A stretch of DNA of 64,000 nt from an uncultured Gammaproteobacteria bacterium (lineage in GTDB: Bacteria > Patescibacteriota > Patescibacteriia > Patescibacteriales > UBA12465), in assembly GCA_964648205.1 (NCBI GenBank), contig CAZYNT010000001.1:47765-111764 (forward strand), in the 5' to 3' direction. Below, in pieces: positions 47,106 through 57,518 of the stretch. Position 1 is the first letter of the stretch, and each line of letters begins with the position of its first letter. Made by a program: the position numbers and the translations under genes. The notes under the pieces are model-generated. The model worked only from the letters and a program-made list of their open reading frames with translations, did no database searches and was not told where the DNA came from.

Positions 47106-47525
47106 TTATTCAAGCGGCTTTAAAACAACTTTCCCGTCTTGCATCACGGCAACAAAACGATTTTGCCTGCAAAGATTTGGGTCCTGCGTAAATTCAACGC
47201 CTTCAAAAAAGAAAACTCGCCTCTTTTCATCCTTGCCCCAAAAACCAAGAACCGCGCCGACTGTTTCCATTTTTCCCCGGCCTTTTTCTGCTTTGATTAG
47301 TTTAATCAAAACATATCGCCGATTGGCGACGATTTTGGCTTGGGTATATTGGAGATGGATAGAGTTTGCTTGTAAACTCAAGAGAAATAAAGTTGCTAAT
47401 CCAGTTAGTGAGAACGCGACAATATTCAAAGTTTTTTCGCAAAAAAAATATTGCAAAACAACGTTTAATACTGTCATGGATAAAACAACCCACAAACAGG
47501 TTGAGAAAGAACGGTTGATTTTCAT
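47106..47525 (-). CDS. hypothetical membrane protein
   Basis: Two N-terminal TMs; lies between two tRNAs. Confidence 0.65.
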   Translation of the reverse strand: MKINRSFSTCLWVVLSMTVLNVVLQYFFCEKTLNIVAFSLTGLATLFLLSLQANSIHLQYTQAKIVANRRYVLIKLIKAEKGRGKMETVGAVLGFWGKDEKRRVFFFEGVEFTQDPNLCRQNRFVAVMQDGKVVLKPLE

Positions 47526-47643
47526 CTTATAAGATTTAGGGGGTTAACATCTGGTTCGGCTGAATATTAACCTTATAATTTAGCAACTATTTTGTCAAGC
47601 TCTTCCCAAAATTAAATAAATAATTTATATTTAAGAGAGCCGC

Positions 47644-47719
47644 GCCATCTTAGCTCAGTTGGTAGAGCAGCCGCCTTGTAAGCGGCAGGTCGTCGGTCCG
47701 AGCCCGACAGATGGCTCCA
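47644..47719 (+). tRNA. tRNA-Thr(TGT)
   Basis: GCCATCT/AGATGGC, GCCGC-CTTGTAA-GCGGC, T-loop TCCGAGC, encoded CCA. Confidence 0.93.
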
Positions 47720-47763
47720 TAAAAAAGACCGCCCTTTAACCTTACGGTTTGGGGGCGGTTTTG

Positions 47764-48150
47764 TTATTGAGAGCAGTCTTTTCCGTCTTTTTTCTTAATA
47801 ACGACCTGAAAATCCGCTCGAAGCCAAGGGCTTTCTCTGTCGAGCTTGAATCTTCTTTTGATCTGGTTGTAAATCAGATCTTTGAGGAGAGAAATGTCTT
47901 CTCCTATGTTCTCATACTCGCGAGATTCTTCTTCATTGGCAGTTTCTATTTCTTCGGCGCGCTTAGCCTTCTTTAAAAGGAGAGCGTAAATTTTCTGCTC
48001 AAAATCGTTCAAGTTGCCGATTGGTTTTTCCATCGTGGTTGCAGTATCTTTTGCCAGACTTTCCTTGGCTTGACCGATTTCGTCAGGGGTAATCTGGAAC
48101 ACCTCCCCCAGGAGGGTTATGGCTATGTCTTCGGGTTTAATTGTATTCAT
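47764..48150 (-). CDS. hypothetical coiled-coil protein
   Basis: 128-aa ATG ORF with a hairpin downstream. Confidence 0.65.
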   Translation of the reverse strand: MNTIKPEDIAITLLGEVFQITPDEIGQAKESLAKDTATTMEKPIGNLNDFEQKIYALLLKKAKRAEEIETANEEESREYENIGEDISLLKDLIYNQIKRRFKLDRESPWLRADFQVVIKKKDGKDCSQ

Positions 48151-48361
48151 CTTTTAGGTTTTTTAAGGGTAAAAAACTACTAATATATATGGGGTTAAGG
48201 TACTATTTTTTAATATGATAAATTAACAAGAAACAAAAATTATGTCAATATCTTAATAATCAGTTAATAAAAGGTTGATAAAATATCCTTGAATAATCGC
48301 TGTATATAAGTTAAAATAAGCTAACGAGAACTAATGGAAATTATCGCCTAATAATATAAAT

Positions 48362-49759
48362 ATGGCCAATAATCAATTGATTGAAAAAATACCCCCCCAT
48401 AGCTTAGAAGCGGAAGAATCTTTAATCGGCTCCCTTTTAATTGATAAGGACGCCATTATTAAGGTGGCGGACAGTATAATGCCCCAAGATTTTTATAAGG
48501 ATGCCCATAAAACTCTTTTTGAAACAATCAAAGAGTTATACAGCAACCAAGAACCGATTGATATTATTACTTTGTCAAACCGCCTTGAAGAAAAAAAACA
48601 ATTAACCGGAATCGGCGGCCGGTCTTATCTGGCTCGTTTATCGAACGTCGTCGCGACGTCCGGCAATATTGTCCAATACGCTGGCATTATCCAGCGCAAA
48701 GCTACTTTGCGGCGGCTGCAGCAAGCGGCGGCGGAAATTTCCTCGATGAGCTTCGACGAAGAAAAAGAAATCGACGAAGTGCTTGATGAAACCGAAAAAA
48801 AAATATTCGGCGTGTCGCGGAAATATTTAAAAAACGCTTTTATTCCCATAGACACTCTTTTAACCAACGCTTTTGACCGCATTGATGAGCTCCATAAATA
48901 CAGCGGCAAGCTGCGCGGTCTTTCGACCGGGTTCCCCGATCTCGATCATCTTTTGGCGGGCCTGCAAAAGTCCGATTTAATTATTTTAGCCGCCCGTCCT
49001 TCTGTCGGAAAAACTGCTTTCGCTTTAGATATCGCTCGCCAAGCCGCCATAAAAAGCAAGGAAGGCGTCGGCATCTTTTCTCTGGAAATGAGTAAGGAAC
49101 AATTAGTCGACCGCCTGCTCTGCGCCCAAGCGAATGTCAGTTTATGGAAAATGCGCACCGGGAATCTGTCAGATAAAGAAGAAGATAATGATTTCGCACG
49201 TATTGGAGAAGCGATGGGTAAACTGGCTGAAGCGCCGATTTACATCGACGATTCCGGCACTCTTTCAATCATGGAAATAAGAGCTAAGGCGCGCCGTTTG
49301 CAGATGGAAAAAGGGCTGGGTCTTATAGTTATCGATTATCTGCAGTTGATGGAAGGACGGGGAAAATACGGCGATAACCGTGTTCAAGAAATAGCGGAAA
49401 TCAGCCGCGGGCTTAAATCTATCGCCCGCGAACTTAATATCCCGATTCTCGCTCTCGCCCAGCTTTCCCGGGCGGTTGAAGCGACTCATCCGGCCATCCC
49501 GAAACTATCTCACTTGCGCGATTCCGGTTCCATAGAACAGGACGCAGACGTAGTTATGTTTATTTACCGCAAAGCGGCGGACCGCGGCTATAATCCGGCC
49601 GACCTCCCCATGGATGAGCGCTATAAAGCGGAAATCCATATTGCCAAACACCGCAATGGACCGACCGGCAAGGTTGACTTATATTTTGATGAAAACACCG
49701 TAAACTTCAAAAGCTTGAGCAAGATGCCAAGCGGCAATATCGCCCCTGTAGAATTTTAA
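48362..49759 (+). CDS. dnaB: replicative DNA helicase
   Basis: PPHSLEAE, AARPSVGKT, IDYLQL, LRDSGSIEQDAD, KHRNGP. Confidence 0.98.
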   Translation: MANNQLIEKIPPHSLEAEESLIGSLLIDKDAIIKVADSIMPQDFYKDAHKTLFETIKELYSNQEPIDIITLSNRLEEKKQLTGIGGRSYLARLSNVVATSGNIVQYAGIIQRKATLRRLQQAAAEISSMSFDEEKEIDEVLDETEKKIFGVSRKYLKNAFIPIDTLLTNAFDRIDELHKYSGKLRGLSTGFPDLDHLLAGLQKSDLIILAARPSVGKTAFALDIARQAAIKSKEGVGIFSLEMSKEQLVDRLLCAQANVSLWKMRTGNLSDKEEDNDFARIGEAMGKLAEAPIYIDDSGTLSIMEIRAKARRLQMEKGLGLIVIDYLQLMEGRGKYGDNRVQEIAEISRGLKSIARELNIPILALAQLSRAVEATHPAIPKLSHLRDSGSIEQDADVVMFIYRKAADRGYNPADLPMDERYKAEIHIAKHRNGPTGKVDLYFDENTVNFKSLSKMPSGNIAPVEF

Positions 49760-49807
49760 TTAAATAACTTATAATTAACTGAACCCTTTTTGGGTAAAAT
49801 ATTTTTT

Positions 49808-50083
49808 ATGTTCAGCAAATTAAAACAGTTCAAAGATTTACGCAGCCAAGCGAAAATTATGCAGAATGCGCTCTCCCAGGAAACCATCACCGAAGAAAAA
49901 AACGGCGTGAAGATTGTCTTAAACGGCAATATGGAGGTAACTGAATTAACTTTAAGCGAGGCTTTGCCGAAAAGCTCTCAGGAAGCAATTCTTAAAGATT
50001 GCTTTAATGACGCCGTCAAACGCGCCCAAAGAATCATGGCCAAAAAATTACAGGATATGGGGGGAATCCCGGGAATGAATTAA
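49808..50083 (+). CDS. ybaB: YbaB/EbfC nucleoid-associated protein
   Basis: Size, sequence pattern and position directly before recR. Confidence 0.88.
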   Translation: MFSKLKQFKDLRSQAKIMQNALSQETITEEKNGVKIVLNGNMEVTELTLSEALPKSSQEAILKDCFNDAVKRAQRIMAKKLQDMGGIPGMN

Positions 50084-50100
50084 TTATTATCTTAATTTCC

Positions 50101-50697
50101 ATGCGCTATCCGCAAGCGATCCAAAATTTAATCGGAAAATTCGCAACGCTGCCCAGTGTCGGCCCCAAAACCGCCGAACGTTATGTTTTTCATCTTCTCC
50201 GCCAGAGCGAAGAAAACTTAAACGAACTGGCGGAAGCGGTTAAAAACTTAAAATCAAAAACGACGCTTTGTTCGTCCTGCCAAGCGATTACAGAAACTAA
50301 TCCTTGCTCTATTTGCGGCAACCAAAATCGGGCAAATGACATCCTCTGCTTGGTCGAAAACACCCAAGATCTCTTAACGATTGAAGCAACAAGGCAATTC
50401 GACGGAAAATACTTCGTGCTCGGCGGCCTAATCAATACCATTAACGATGTTTCGCCTAATGATTTAAATATCGCTAAATTAACCAAGCGCATCAAGGACG
50501 ATAAAATAAAAGAAATAATTCTGGCGCTCAATTTTACGCTTGAGGGCGAAACCACTTCTCTTTATTTAAATAAGCTCCTGCGAAATCACATAAAAATAAC
50601 GCGCCTCGCCAAGGGTTTGCCCGCCGGTTCGGATTTAGAGTACGCCGACGAAACAACACTTGCGAATGCGCTTAAATATCGTAATGAAATAAAATAA
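50101..50697 (+). CDS. recR: recombination protein RecR
   Basis: LPSVGPKTAER, C4 zinc finger, EGETT, GLPAGSDLEYAD. Confidence 0.97.
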   Translation: MRYPQAIQNLIGKFATLPSVGPKTAERYVFHLLRQSEENLNELAEAVKNLKSKTTLCSSCQAITETNPCSICGNQNRANDILCLVENTQDLLTIEATRQFDGKYFVLGGLINTINDVSPNDLNIAKLTKRIKDDKIKEIILALNFTLEGETTSLYLNKLLRNHIKITRLAKGLPAGSDLEYADETTLANALKYRNEIK

Positions 50698-50719
50698 AAT
50701 ATTTTAAAAGGAGGTGAAG

Positions 50720-50998
50720 ATGATTGCTGGTTCTATGTTGATTTTTATTATTTTGGCTTTTATTTTATTTTCCATCATCGGGATCTTTAACAAAAAAATC
50801 GGTCGGTTCATGAGAATGATTATTTTCTACCTAAAAAACCTGCGGCTGACAAAAAGAAATATTTATAAGCTGCCGAAAACAGCCAAAAAAATATACCCCG
50901 TACTTCGCCGGCGTCGCACTCTATTTATAAACAAACTTTTTCAGAACTACCAAAAAAACAAAAAATTAAAAGATGGATCCCGAACTTTAAGCCAATAA
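50720..50998 (+). CDS. hypothetical protein, N-terminal TM and basic tail
   Basis: SD AGGAGGTG before ATG 50720. Confidence 0.55.
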   Translation: MIAGSMLIFIILAFILFSIIGIFNKKIGRFMRMIIFYLKNLRLTKRNIYKLPKTAKKIYPVLRRRRTLFINKLFQNYQKNKKLKDGSRTLSQ

Positions 50999-51034
50999 AA
51001 AAGTCCGCTCCCCGAACCGGGAAACGGACTTTTT
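50998..51034. terminator. bidirectional terminator
   Basis: AAAAAGTCCG...CGGACTTTTT between convergent genes. Confidence 0.7.
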
Positions 51035-51047
51035 AATTTTTGGATTA

Positions 51048-51356
51048 TTAAGCGATTTTCAAAATCTTAAGGGCGGTAAACTTCTGGCGATGGCCGACTG
51101 TCTTCTTATAACGAGTCTTATTCTTATACTTAACTACTGTAACTTTTTTACCTTTGGCCGTTTCGAGCACCTCGGCTTCAACCTTTTCGCCTAGTGAAGG
51201 TTGGCCTAATTCTAAATTAGCGCCGTCAGCTATTAAAAGAGTTTCCAATTTAACGGTTTTCCCTTTTTCCGCCTCCAGCTTTTCGACTTTAACCGTATCG
51301 CCAACAGCTACCTTATATTGCTTGCCGCCGGTCTTGATTACTGCAATTTTTGCCAT
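51048..51356 (-). CDS. rplU: 50S ribosomal protein L21
   Basis: AVIKTGGKQYKV, GHRQKFT. Confidence 0.97.
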   Translation of the reverse strand: MAKIAVIKTGGKQYKVAVGDTVKVEKLEAEKGKTVKLETLLIADGANLELGQPSLGEKVEAEVLETAKGKKVTVVKYKNKTRYKKTVGHRQKFTALKILKIA

Positions 51357-51474
51357 AAAATTTAATAAAATTAACATTTCTGTTTAACATTAATAAATAA
51401 TAACAGATATTTGAAAAATGTCAATAAATAAGTTATAGTAATGAAAGAAACTATAAATCATAATCTTTACAAAT

Positions 51475-52737
51475 ATGCCAAAATTTATCATTACCGGTGG
51501 CAAAAAGTTAAGCGGTGAAATCGCGGTCGGCGGAGCAAAAAACTCAGCCTTAAAAATAATACCGGCCGCTATTCTGTCAAAAGAACCGATTACGATTAAA
51601 AACCTGCCGAATATTGAAGACGTTAATCGTTCTTTAGAGCTCTTGGAATCGCTTGGCGCTCAGATAACTCATTTTAAAAATGGCGTAATCATTAATACCA
51701 AACAGATAAAAACAATAGAATTAGAGCAAAAAATGGCTGATAAATTCCGCGGCTCGATTATGTTTGTCGGGCCGATGCTGGCTCGCTTCGGCGAGGTTAA
51801 GTTCCCTCATCCCGGCGGCTGCGTAATCGGCGCCGGCGGCCGCCCCATTGATCTATTTATTGAAGGCTACAAATCTTTTGGCGCAGAGGTTGATGAAAAC
51901 TCCGGCCACTTTTACCACATCAAGGCAAAAAAATTAAAGCCGGCGAATTATTTCTTTCCTTTAGTTTCGGTAACGGCTACCGAGAGCATGCTTATGACCG
52001 CCTCAATTATTCCCGGAAAGACGATTTTAAATAATTGCGCCATGGAACCGGAGATTGAAGCTTTAGCTGAATATTTAAATAAGCAAGGCGCTAAAATCAA
52101 AGGCGCCGGCTCTCCGACCATAACTATTGAAGGGGCGCGCCAGCTTAAGGCCGGAGCTTTTACTGTTATTCCCGACAGAATTGAGACCGGCTCTTTCGCC
52201 ATACTGGCAGCCGCGGCTAACGCAGAAATCAAAATCACAAAATGCAACCCAGACCACATAATGACCCTTCTAACGGTCTTTAAAAAAATTGGCGTTAATT
52301 TTAAAATCGGCAAAGATTGGATACAAATTAAAAAAAGCGGGCGCCTGACGGCTAATGATGTTAAAACGCATGAATACCCGGGTTTTGCCACTGACCTGCA
52401 ATCGCCCTACGTTGTGTTAATGACACAGGTACACGGCTCGGCCATGATTCATGAAACTATTTATGATCGGCGCCTAATCTGGACCGATATGCTCTCACAG
52501 ATGGGAGCAAATATCACCATGTGCGATCCGCATAGGATTTTAGTGCAAGGACCGACTAAACTATACGGGAAACGCTTAATATCCCCGGACTTAAGGGCCG
52601 GAATCGCCCTGATTATCGCCGGTCTTATCGCCGAAGGAACAACAGAAATCGACAATATCTATCAAATCGACCGCGGATACGAACAATTAGACGCCCGCCT
52701 TAAAAAATTAGGCGCCGCCATTGAGCGTGTTGACTAA
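51475..52737 (+). CDS. murA: UDP-N-acetylglucosamine 1-carboxyvinyltransferase
   Basis: GAKNSAL, PGGCVIG, PDRIETG, YPGFATDLQ, DLRAG, IDRGYE. Confidence 0.96.
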   Translation: MPKFIITGGKKLSGEIAVGGAKNSALKIIPAAILSKEPITIKNLPNIEDVNRSLELLESLGAQITHFKNGVIINTKQIKTIELEQKMADKFRGSIMFVGPMLARFGEVKFPHPGGCVIGAGGRPIDLFIEGYKSFGAEVDENSGHFYHIKAKKLKPANYFFPLVSVTATESMLMTASIIPGKTILNNCAMEPEIEALAEYLNKQGAKIKGAGSPTITIEGARQLKAGAFTVIPDRIETGSFAILAAAANAEIKITKCNPDHIMTLLTVFKKIGVNFKIGKDWIQIKKSGRLTANDVKTHEYPGFATDLQSPYVVLMTQVHGSAMIHETIYDRRLIWTDMLSQMGANITMCDPHRILVQGPTKLYGKRLISPDLRAGIALIIAGLIAEGTTEIDNIYQIDRGYEQLDARLKKLGAAIERVD

Positions 52738-52746
52738 AAATCTAAT

Positions 52747-54078
52747 ATGTCTAAAAAAGTTCGGGACTATCTCCTAATAATATTTATCATCCTTTTTATA
52801 ATTATGACTGGGGGCACATCTTTATATGCCTCCGGCTATAAATTCAATCTCAGCTGGCCCCTTAAATTCAACCGTCTCCTGCAAAAAACCGGGATGCTCG
52901 CCGTCGCGACCGAACCGTCCCGCTCTCTTATTTATCTTAATGATAAGCTGCAGAAAGACTTGTCTCTCAAACCCTGGAAAAAAGATTATCTTCTGACGCC
53001 GACAAAAATAAAAAATATTCTTCCCGGCGAATATGAATTGCGCCTGGAGCAGCCCGGCTACTGGCCGTATAAGCAAAGAATTTTTATTAATTCGGGCGAA
53101 ACCACCTTCGTTGAAGATGTTAATTTATTCCGGGAAAACCTGCCTCTGCTTCTTGTCTCCGTACCGGAAAACGCCCTGGCTATAAGCCCGGACAAAAAGT
53201 ATTTATACCTGGAAGCAGCCAAAAAAATAATCATTTTAAAAACCGAAGCGATAAGAGCCTTAGATCTTCCGGAAAAAGCAGACGGTTTCTGGCTTAAAAA
53301 CAACAAGCTTCTGGCATCGGGAATAATATTTGACCCCCTAAAATCTACAAACGATGTTAATTACGCCAAATTAATCGGAGCGGAAGCAAGCAATTGGTAT
53401 TTAGACGAAGCGGGCGGCCAGCTTTATTATCAAAACAAAACATCGCTTAACCGCTGGGAAATAAATACCAAAACCAACACCTTGCTACTAAGCGGCGATG
53501 ATTATCTAGCCTATGAGCCGCGAGTTGACAAATTATTTGTTATTGTCAATATAAAAAATCAAATTCATTTACGCTCCTATTCTCTAAAAGATTTACAGTT
53601 AATTCGCGACACTACCCTGCCTACAAACGGCCACTATCTCTTTACTAAAGATATTCCCGGCTACCTATCCATCTACGATGGCCCGAATAAGACTCTTTAC
53701 TTGTACAATGAAAATAAGCTGGAAAACGAACCGGCCATAATCCGGGGAGTGAAAAATTGGGCTATCTATGATTCTGATACTCTTATCTATGCCAACGACT
53801 TGGAAATTTACACTTTCTCGCTTATTAACGGCCGCACCGATCTGATAACACGGCGCAGCGAAGCCATTGAAAAAATAGTTTGGAACGCAACCGGCAACTA
53901 TCTGCTTTTCTCAACCCTTAACACTTTAAACGTCTTAGATTTCAAAAATCGTAATGCCACCCTGCTCTTCCGCGCCGAAAAAATCTCCTCACCCGCGCTA
54001 GACGAAAAAAATAACAATCTTTACTTCTGGGCTAAAGTCGGCCAGCAAGAGGGTGTCTATAAAATGATAATGCAATAG
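52747..54078 (+). CDS. PEGA domain membrane-anchored protein
   Basis: TM, YASGY, KTGML.V.TEP, LPGEYELRLEQPGYWPY, followed by beta-propeller-like region. Confidence 0.85.
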   Translation: MSKKVRDYLLIIFIILFIIMTGGTSLYASGYKFNLSWPLKFNRLLQKTGMLAVATEPSRSLIYLNDKLQKDLSLKPWKKDYLLTPTKIKNILPGEYELRLEQPGYWPYKQRIFINSGETTFVEDVNLFRENLPLLLVSVPENALAISPDKKYLYLEAAKKIIILKTEAIRALDLPEKADGFWLKNNKLLASGIIFDPLKSTNDVNYAKLIGAEASNWYLDEAGGQLYYQNKTSLNRWEINTKTNTLLLSGDDYLAYEPRVDKLFVIVNIKNQIHLRSYSLKDLQLIRDTTLPTNGHYLFTKDIPGYLSIYDGPNKTLYLYNENKLENEPAIIRGVKNWAIYDSDTLIYANDLEIYTFSLINGRTDLITRRSEAIEKIVWNATGNYLLFSTLNTLNVLDFKNRNATLLFRAEKISSPALDEKNNNLYFWAKVGQQEGVYKMIMQ

Positions 54079-54118
54079 AATTAACCACTATATTTACCGT
54101 CCTTTAAACAAAAAAACC

Positions 54119-54685
54119 ATGAACATTTATCAATTTAAGAAAGCAATTGCTTTCCAGGAACCCCTTTTGTGCATTCAGGGTGACATCTTCCAAACACCGG
54201 CCGATCATATTGCTTTTGCGGTAAACTACCCCAATTGTGCTGGCGAATACAATAACTCGGGGGGATTTGCCGGGCAAGTTTGTGCTGAGGCTTGGCCAGA
54301 GCTGAAAAATATAAAATTTGCTAAGGGTGAAATTCGCCATCATCTATTTATGGGCAAGACTTATCATGCTATGGCAGTCCACACCAATGAAGTAAACGGC
54401 TGGAAAGAAACTCCGGAGCTCCTTGAATTCTGCCTCAACAGGCTGCCCGTAGACAGCACGGAAGTAATCGCTATCGTCCTTATAGGCGGCGGCAAAGCCG
54501 GCGCTAAATGGAAAGCTAGTGTTAACAACATTATTGGTATGGCGCGTTCATATAAAACAATCGCCCTGTACGTCAAGGAGGAAAAGCCCTATCAAGCTCT
54601 CTTGGCATTAGGAATTGTTTGCCAGACGATTCCGCTAAACTTCTTCCCTAAAACAAAGAAGTATCGGGCTGAGTTAGTCGCTTAA
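54119..54685 (+). CDS. macro-domain-like protein
   Basis: IQGDIF..PADHIAFAVN...GGFAGQV and LIGGGKAG resemble macro-domain loops. Confidence 0.65.
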   Translation: MNIYQFKKAIAFQEPLLCIQGDIFQTPADHIAFAVNYPNCAGEYNNSGGFAGQVCAEAWPELKNIKFAKGEIRHHLFMGKTYHAMAVHTNEVNGWKETPELLEFCLNRLPVDSTEVIAIVLIGGGKAGAKWKASVNNIIGMARSYKTIALYVKEEKPYQALLALGIVCQTIPLNFFPKTKKYRAELVA

Positions 54686-54698
54686 AATTAAACAATCA

Positions 54699-54728
54699 AA
54701 AAAAGCCCCGAGAAATCGAGGCTTTTTT
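54699..54728. terminator. bidirectional terminator
   Basis: AAAAAAGCCCCGA..TCGAGGCTTTTTT. Confidence 0.7.
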
Positions 54729-54757
54729 ATTTTCTAAAACTTCTTGCCAACTAAATT

Positions 54758-55627
54758 TTATTTAGTGCTCAACTCATTAATTAATTTCTGCAGGTCGCTG
54801 CCGATTTCTTCATCTTTTAATCCCACCTTAAGACTAGCTTTAATGAAATTAAATTTATTGCCGGTGTCCAGCCATTCGCCGTCTAATTTTTTGCCATAAA
54901 TCGGAATTCCATTCTCGAGCATAATTTCAAAAGCATCGGCTAAGCGGATTTCCCCCGATTTGCCCGACTGCATTTTTTCTAACACGGAAAATACTTCCGG
55001 CGTAATCGCGTAAATACCGACCGCCACTAAATTTGAGGGTGCGGCTTCTACGGCCGGCTTTTCAACGATTTTTTTAATCTCATAAACACCATCCCCTAAA
55101 TCAATACCATCGATTACCCCGTATTTATTTACTTCAGCAGGCGGCACTTCGGACAAGCCGATTACTGGATAATCATATTTTTCAAAAACCGCCAGAACTT
55201 GAGGGGAAATAGCACTGTCATACAAAGTATCGCCGAAAACGACCAGAGCCGATTCGTCTTCGCCTACCAAATGAGCCGCGCAGCTAACCGCATGGCCGTC
55301 ACCGAGCGGAATCGGCTGGCGCACATAGGAAAATTTGGCCAGGCTCTCTACTTCCTTAACTTTTTTGACCAAATCTAACTTATTTTTTTCGACCAATGTC
55401 TTTTCTAGTTCAAACGAGTAGTCAAAATGATCTTCGATTGCACGCTTGCCTCGTCCGGTAACAAAGACGATTTCTTCAATCCCGGCGCGAGTCGCCTCTT
55501 CCACTAAATATTGGATAACCGGCTTGTCAACAATCATAAGCATTTCCTTGGGCTGCGCCTTGGTGGCCGGCAAAAAACGAGTGCCGAAACCGGCTACCGG
55601 AAAAATCGCTTTTTTAATTTTTGGCAT
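54758..55627 (-). CDS. galU: UTP-glucose-1-phosphate uridylyltransferase
   Basis: PVAGFGTRFLPATKAQPKEML, VEKP, GEIRLADA. Confidence 0.95.
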   Translation of the reverse strand: MPKIKKAIFPVAGFGTRFLPATKAQPKEMLMIVDKPVIQYLVEEATRAGIEEIVFVTGRGKRAIEDHFDYSFELEKTLVEKNKLDLVKKVKEVESLAKFSYVRQPIPLGDGHAVSCAAHLVGEDESALVVFGDTLYDSAISPQVLAVFEKYDYPVIGLSEVPPAEVNKYGVIDGIDLGDGVYEIKKIVEKPAVEAAPSNLVAVGIYAITPEVFSVLEKMQSGKSGEIRLADAFEIMLENGIPIYGKKLDGEWLDTGNKFNFIKASLKVGLKDEEIGSDLQKLINELSTK

Positions 55628-56438
55628 AAGAGTTATCTTTAAATTTTATTCCCCACTTTAAAAAATATTTAAGCCAAGAACCGATGTGGCGCCAGGCCAA
55701 ACGATCAAGAAAGATAGCTAGATACCAAGGATATTTGGCGCTCTCCCGCGCATGGTCGTGCGTTAGAATCGCTTCCGGATTATAGATAACCTTAAAACCC
55801 TTCTGCCAGGCGGTTCGGCAGAGATCCGTATCTTCAAAATACATAAAATAACGCTTATCAAAACGCGGCTCCCAAATTCTTCCGTCTTCAAGGGTTAACT
55901 GTTTTTTAAACATTAAAGCCGAACCCATAAGCCAATCAACCGGCTTGATGGTATTATGATCGAACTCTTGCATTTGAAAATGGTCGCGTAGAATCGCAAA
56001 ATAATCACCCAAAAAAGTTCGCCGGAGAATCGGCATGTAGACTTTCGGGAAACGGGAGCAAGAAAACTGCAGGCTGCCGTCGGGATTTAATAGTTTTGGT
56101 CCGACAATGCCTATCGCCGGATTATTTTTTATATAAGTAAACAATACTTTAAGCGCATCTCCTCTAATAACCGTGTCCGGGTTGAGAATAAAAATGTATT
56201 CGCCGCCAGCGGCCTTAATCCCTAAATTATTCCCTCCGCCCATGCCTAGGTTTTGCGGGCTGACTATCAATTTTATCTTCTCACTTAAACGAGCTAAGCC
56301 GCTTAAATCATCACCGGAATTATTCTCAACCAAAATAATTTCATAATTAAAAGCTACCTCAGACTGAAGAATTGAGGCCAAACAAGTCTCAAGTTTATTT
56401 TTACTATGATAATTAACGATAATTATTGATAAATCCAT
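55614..56438 (-). CDS. glycosyltransferase family 2
   Basis: SIIIVNY, LNPD, YFEDTDLC. Confidence 0.93.
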   Translation of the reverse strand: MDLSIIIVNYHSKNKLETCLASILQSEVAFNYEIILVENNSGDDLSGLARLSEKIKLIVSPQNLGMGGGNNLGIKAAGGEYIFILNPDTVIRGDALKVLFTYIKNNPAIGIVGPKLLNPDGSLQFSCSRFPKVYMPILRRTFLGDYFAILRDHFQMQEFDHNTIKPVDWLMGSALMFKKQLTLEDGRIWEPRFDKRYFMYFEDTDLCRTAWQKGFKVIYNPEAILTHDHARESAKYPWYLAIFLDRLAWRHIGSWLKYFLKWGIKFKDNSYAKN

Positions 56439-56439
56439 A

Positions 56440-57507
56440 TTAAATGAGGCGACGCGCTATTTGCCAATAAATATTAAACAAAGGATTGACAATGTATTTC
56501 AAAATTGGATTGGCGATTTCCTGAAACTCTATTTTTCCGGAAAACCCCTTAGCCAAAGAGGTAAACGGTTGAACCTTAAATTTTTCAATCGCGTCTCTCT
56601 CTGCTTGAATCTTAACATAGTTTTTAAAATGGCAAAAATAACCGTATATTTTTATCTCTTCTTTGGTCCAACCGTTCAAAAGAGAAAACAAAAACATACC
56701 AATATCCATAATTAGGCCCGGCAGACCGATTAAAATCAAAAGCCAAAACGGATAGAAAGCCAGCAGGGTTAAATAACGATTGCGCTCCATATAGTAAATC
56801 ATCTTAGTGCTCCGCTTAAACTCGTATTTATGATAAACCGCCGAACAAGGGGCTAAAATTACTTTATAACCGGCTAACTTGGCCTTGAGGCTTATCTCTA
56901 AATCATCATGATACATGTAATATTCCTCATTATAGCCGCCAATTTTATCCAATACTTCGGAGCGGATAATAAAAGAACAGCCGCTGGCATAGCCTTTTAT
57001 TTCCGGATAGCCGGAAATTTCGCGATCTGGCTCTCCGTAGCCAGAGGTAAACCCGAAGCCCAAAAAATGAATAACATTGCCCAGGCTGTTTATTCTCGGA
57101 TTTTTCTTGGCTTCTTCTGTTTTGGGAAATAACAATATTTTTGATTGGGCGATGCCCGCCTCGAGATTATTATCTAGGGCTGAAACCAATTCGCTTAACC
57201 AGGCCGGCTCCATTTCCGTGTCCATATTGACGGTCACTAAGTACTCGCAATCGTCTTTTTTCGCCTGCCTAAACCCAAGATTATTAGCCGCCGCATAATT
57301 GCCATCATCTCTCGCCAAAATAACCGCCTCGGGATAATTGTCTTTTAAATATTTAAAAGACTCCACCGTGGACGCATTATCAACAATATAAACTTTTGTA
57401 AGTTCAGCCGGATAATTTTGTCTGCGCAAAGAATCGCGGCAGGGCGCCAAAAAGCGCTCGGCGTAATCCTTATAGTTTATTAAAATTATCCCGACTTTTT
57501 TATTCAT
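56440..57507 (-). CDS. glycosyltransferase family 2
   Basis: VDNAS, VNMD, ASGCS, YHDDLE. Confidence 0.93.
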   Translation of the reverse strand: MNKKVGIILINYKDYAERFLAPCRDSLRRQNYPAELTKVYIVDNASTVESFKYLKDNYPEAVILARDDGNYAAANNLGFRQAKKDDCEYLVTVNMDTEMEPAWLSELVSALDNNLEAGIAQSKILLFPKTEEAKKNPRINSLGNVIHFLGFGFTSGYGEPDREISGYPEIKGYASGCSFIIRSEVLDKIGGYNEEYYMYHDDLEISLKAKLAGYKVILAPCSAVYHKYEFKRSTKMIYYMERNRYLTLLAFYPFWLLILIGLPGLIMDIGMFLFSLLNGWTKEEIKIYGYFCHFKNYVKIQAERDAIEKFKVQPFTSLAKGFSGKIEFQEIANPILKYIVNPLFNIYWQIARRLI

Positions 57508-57518
57508 ATTCCGGCTAA

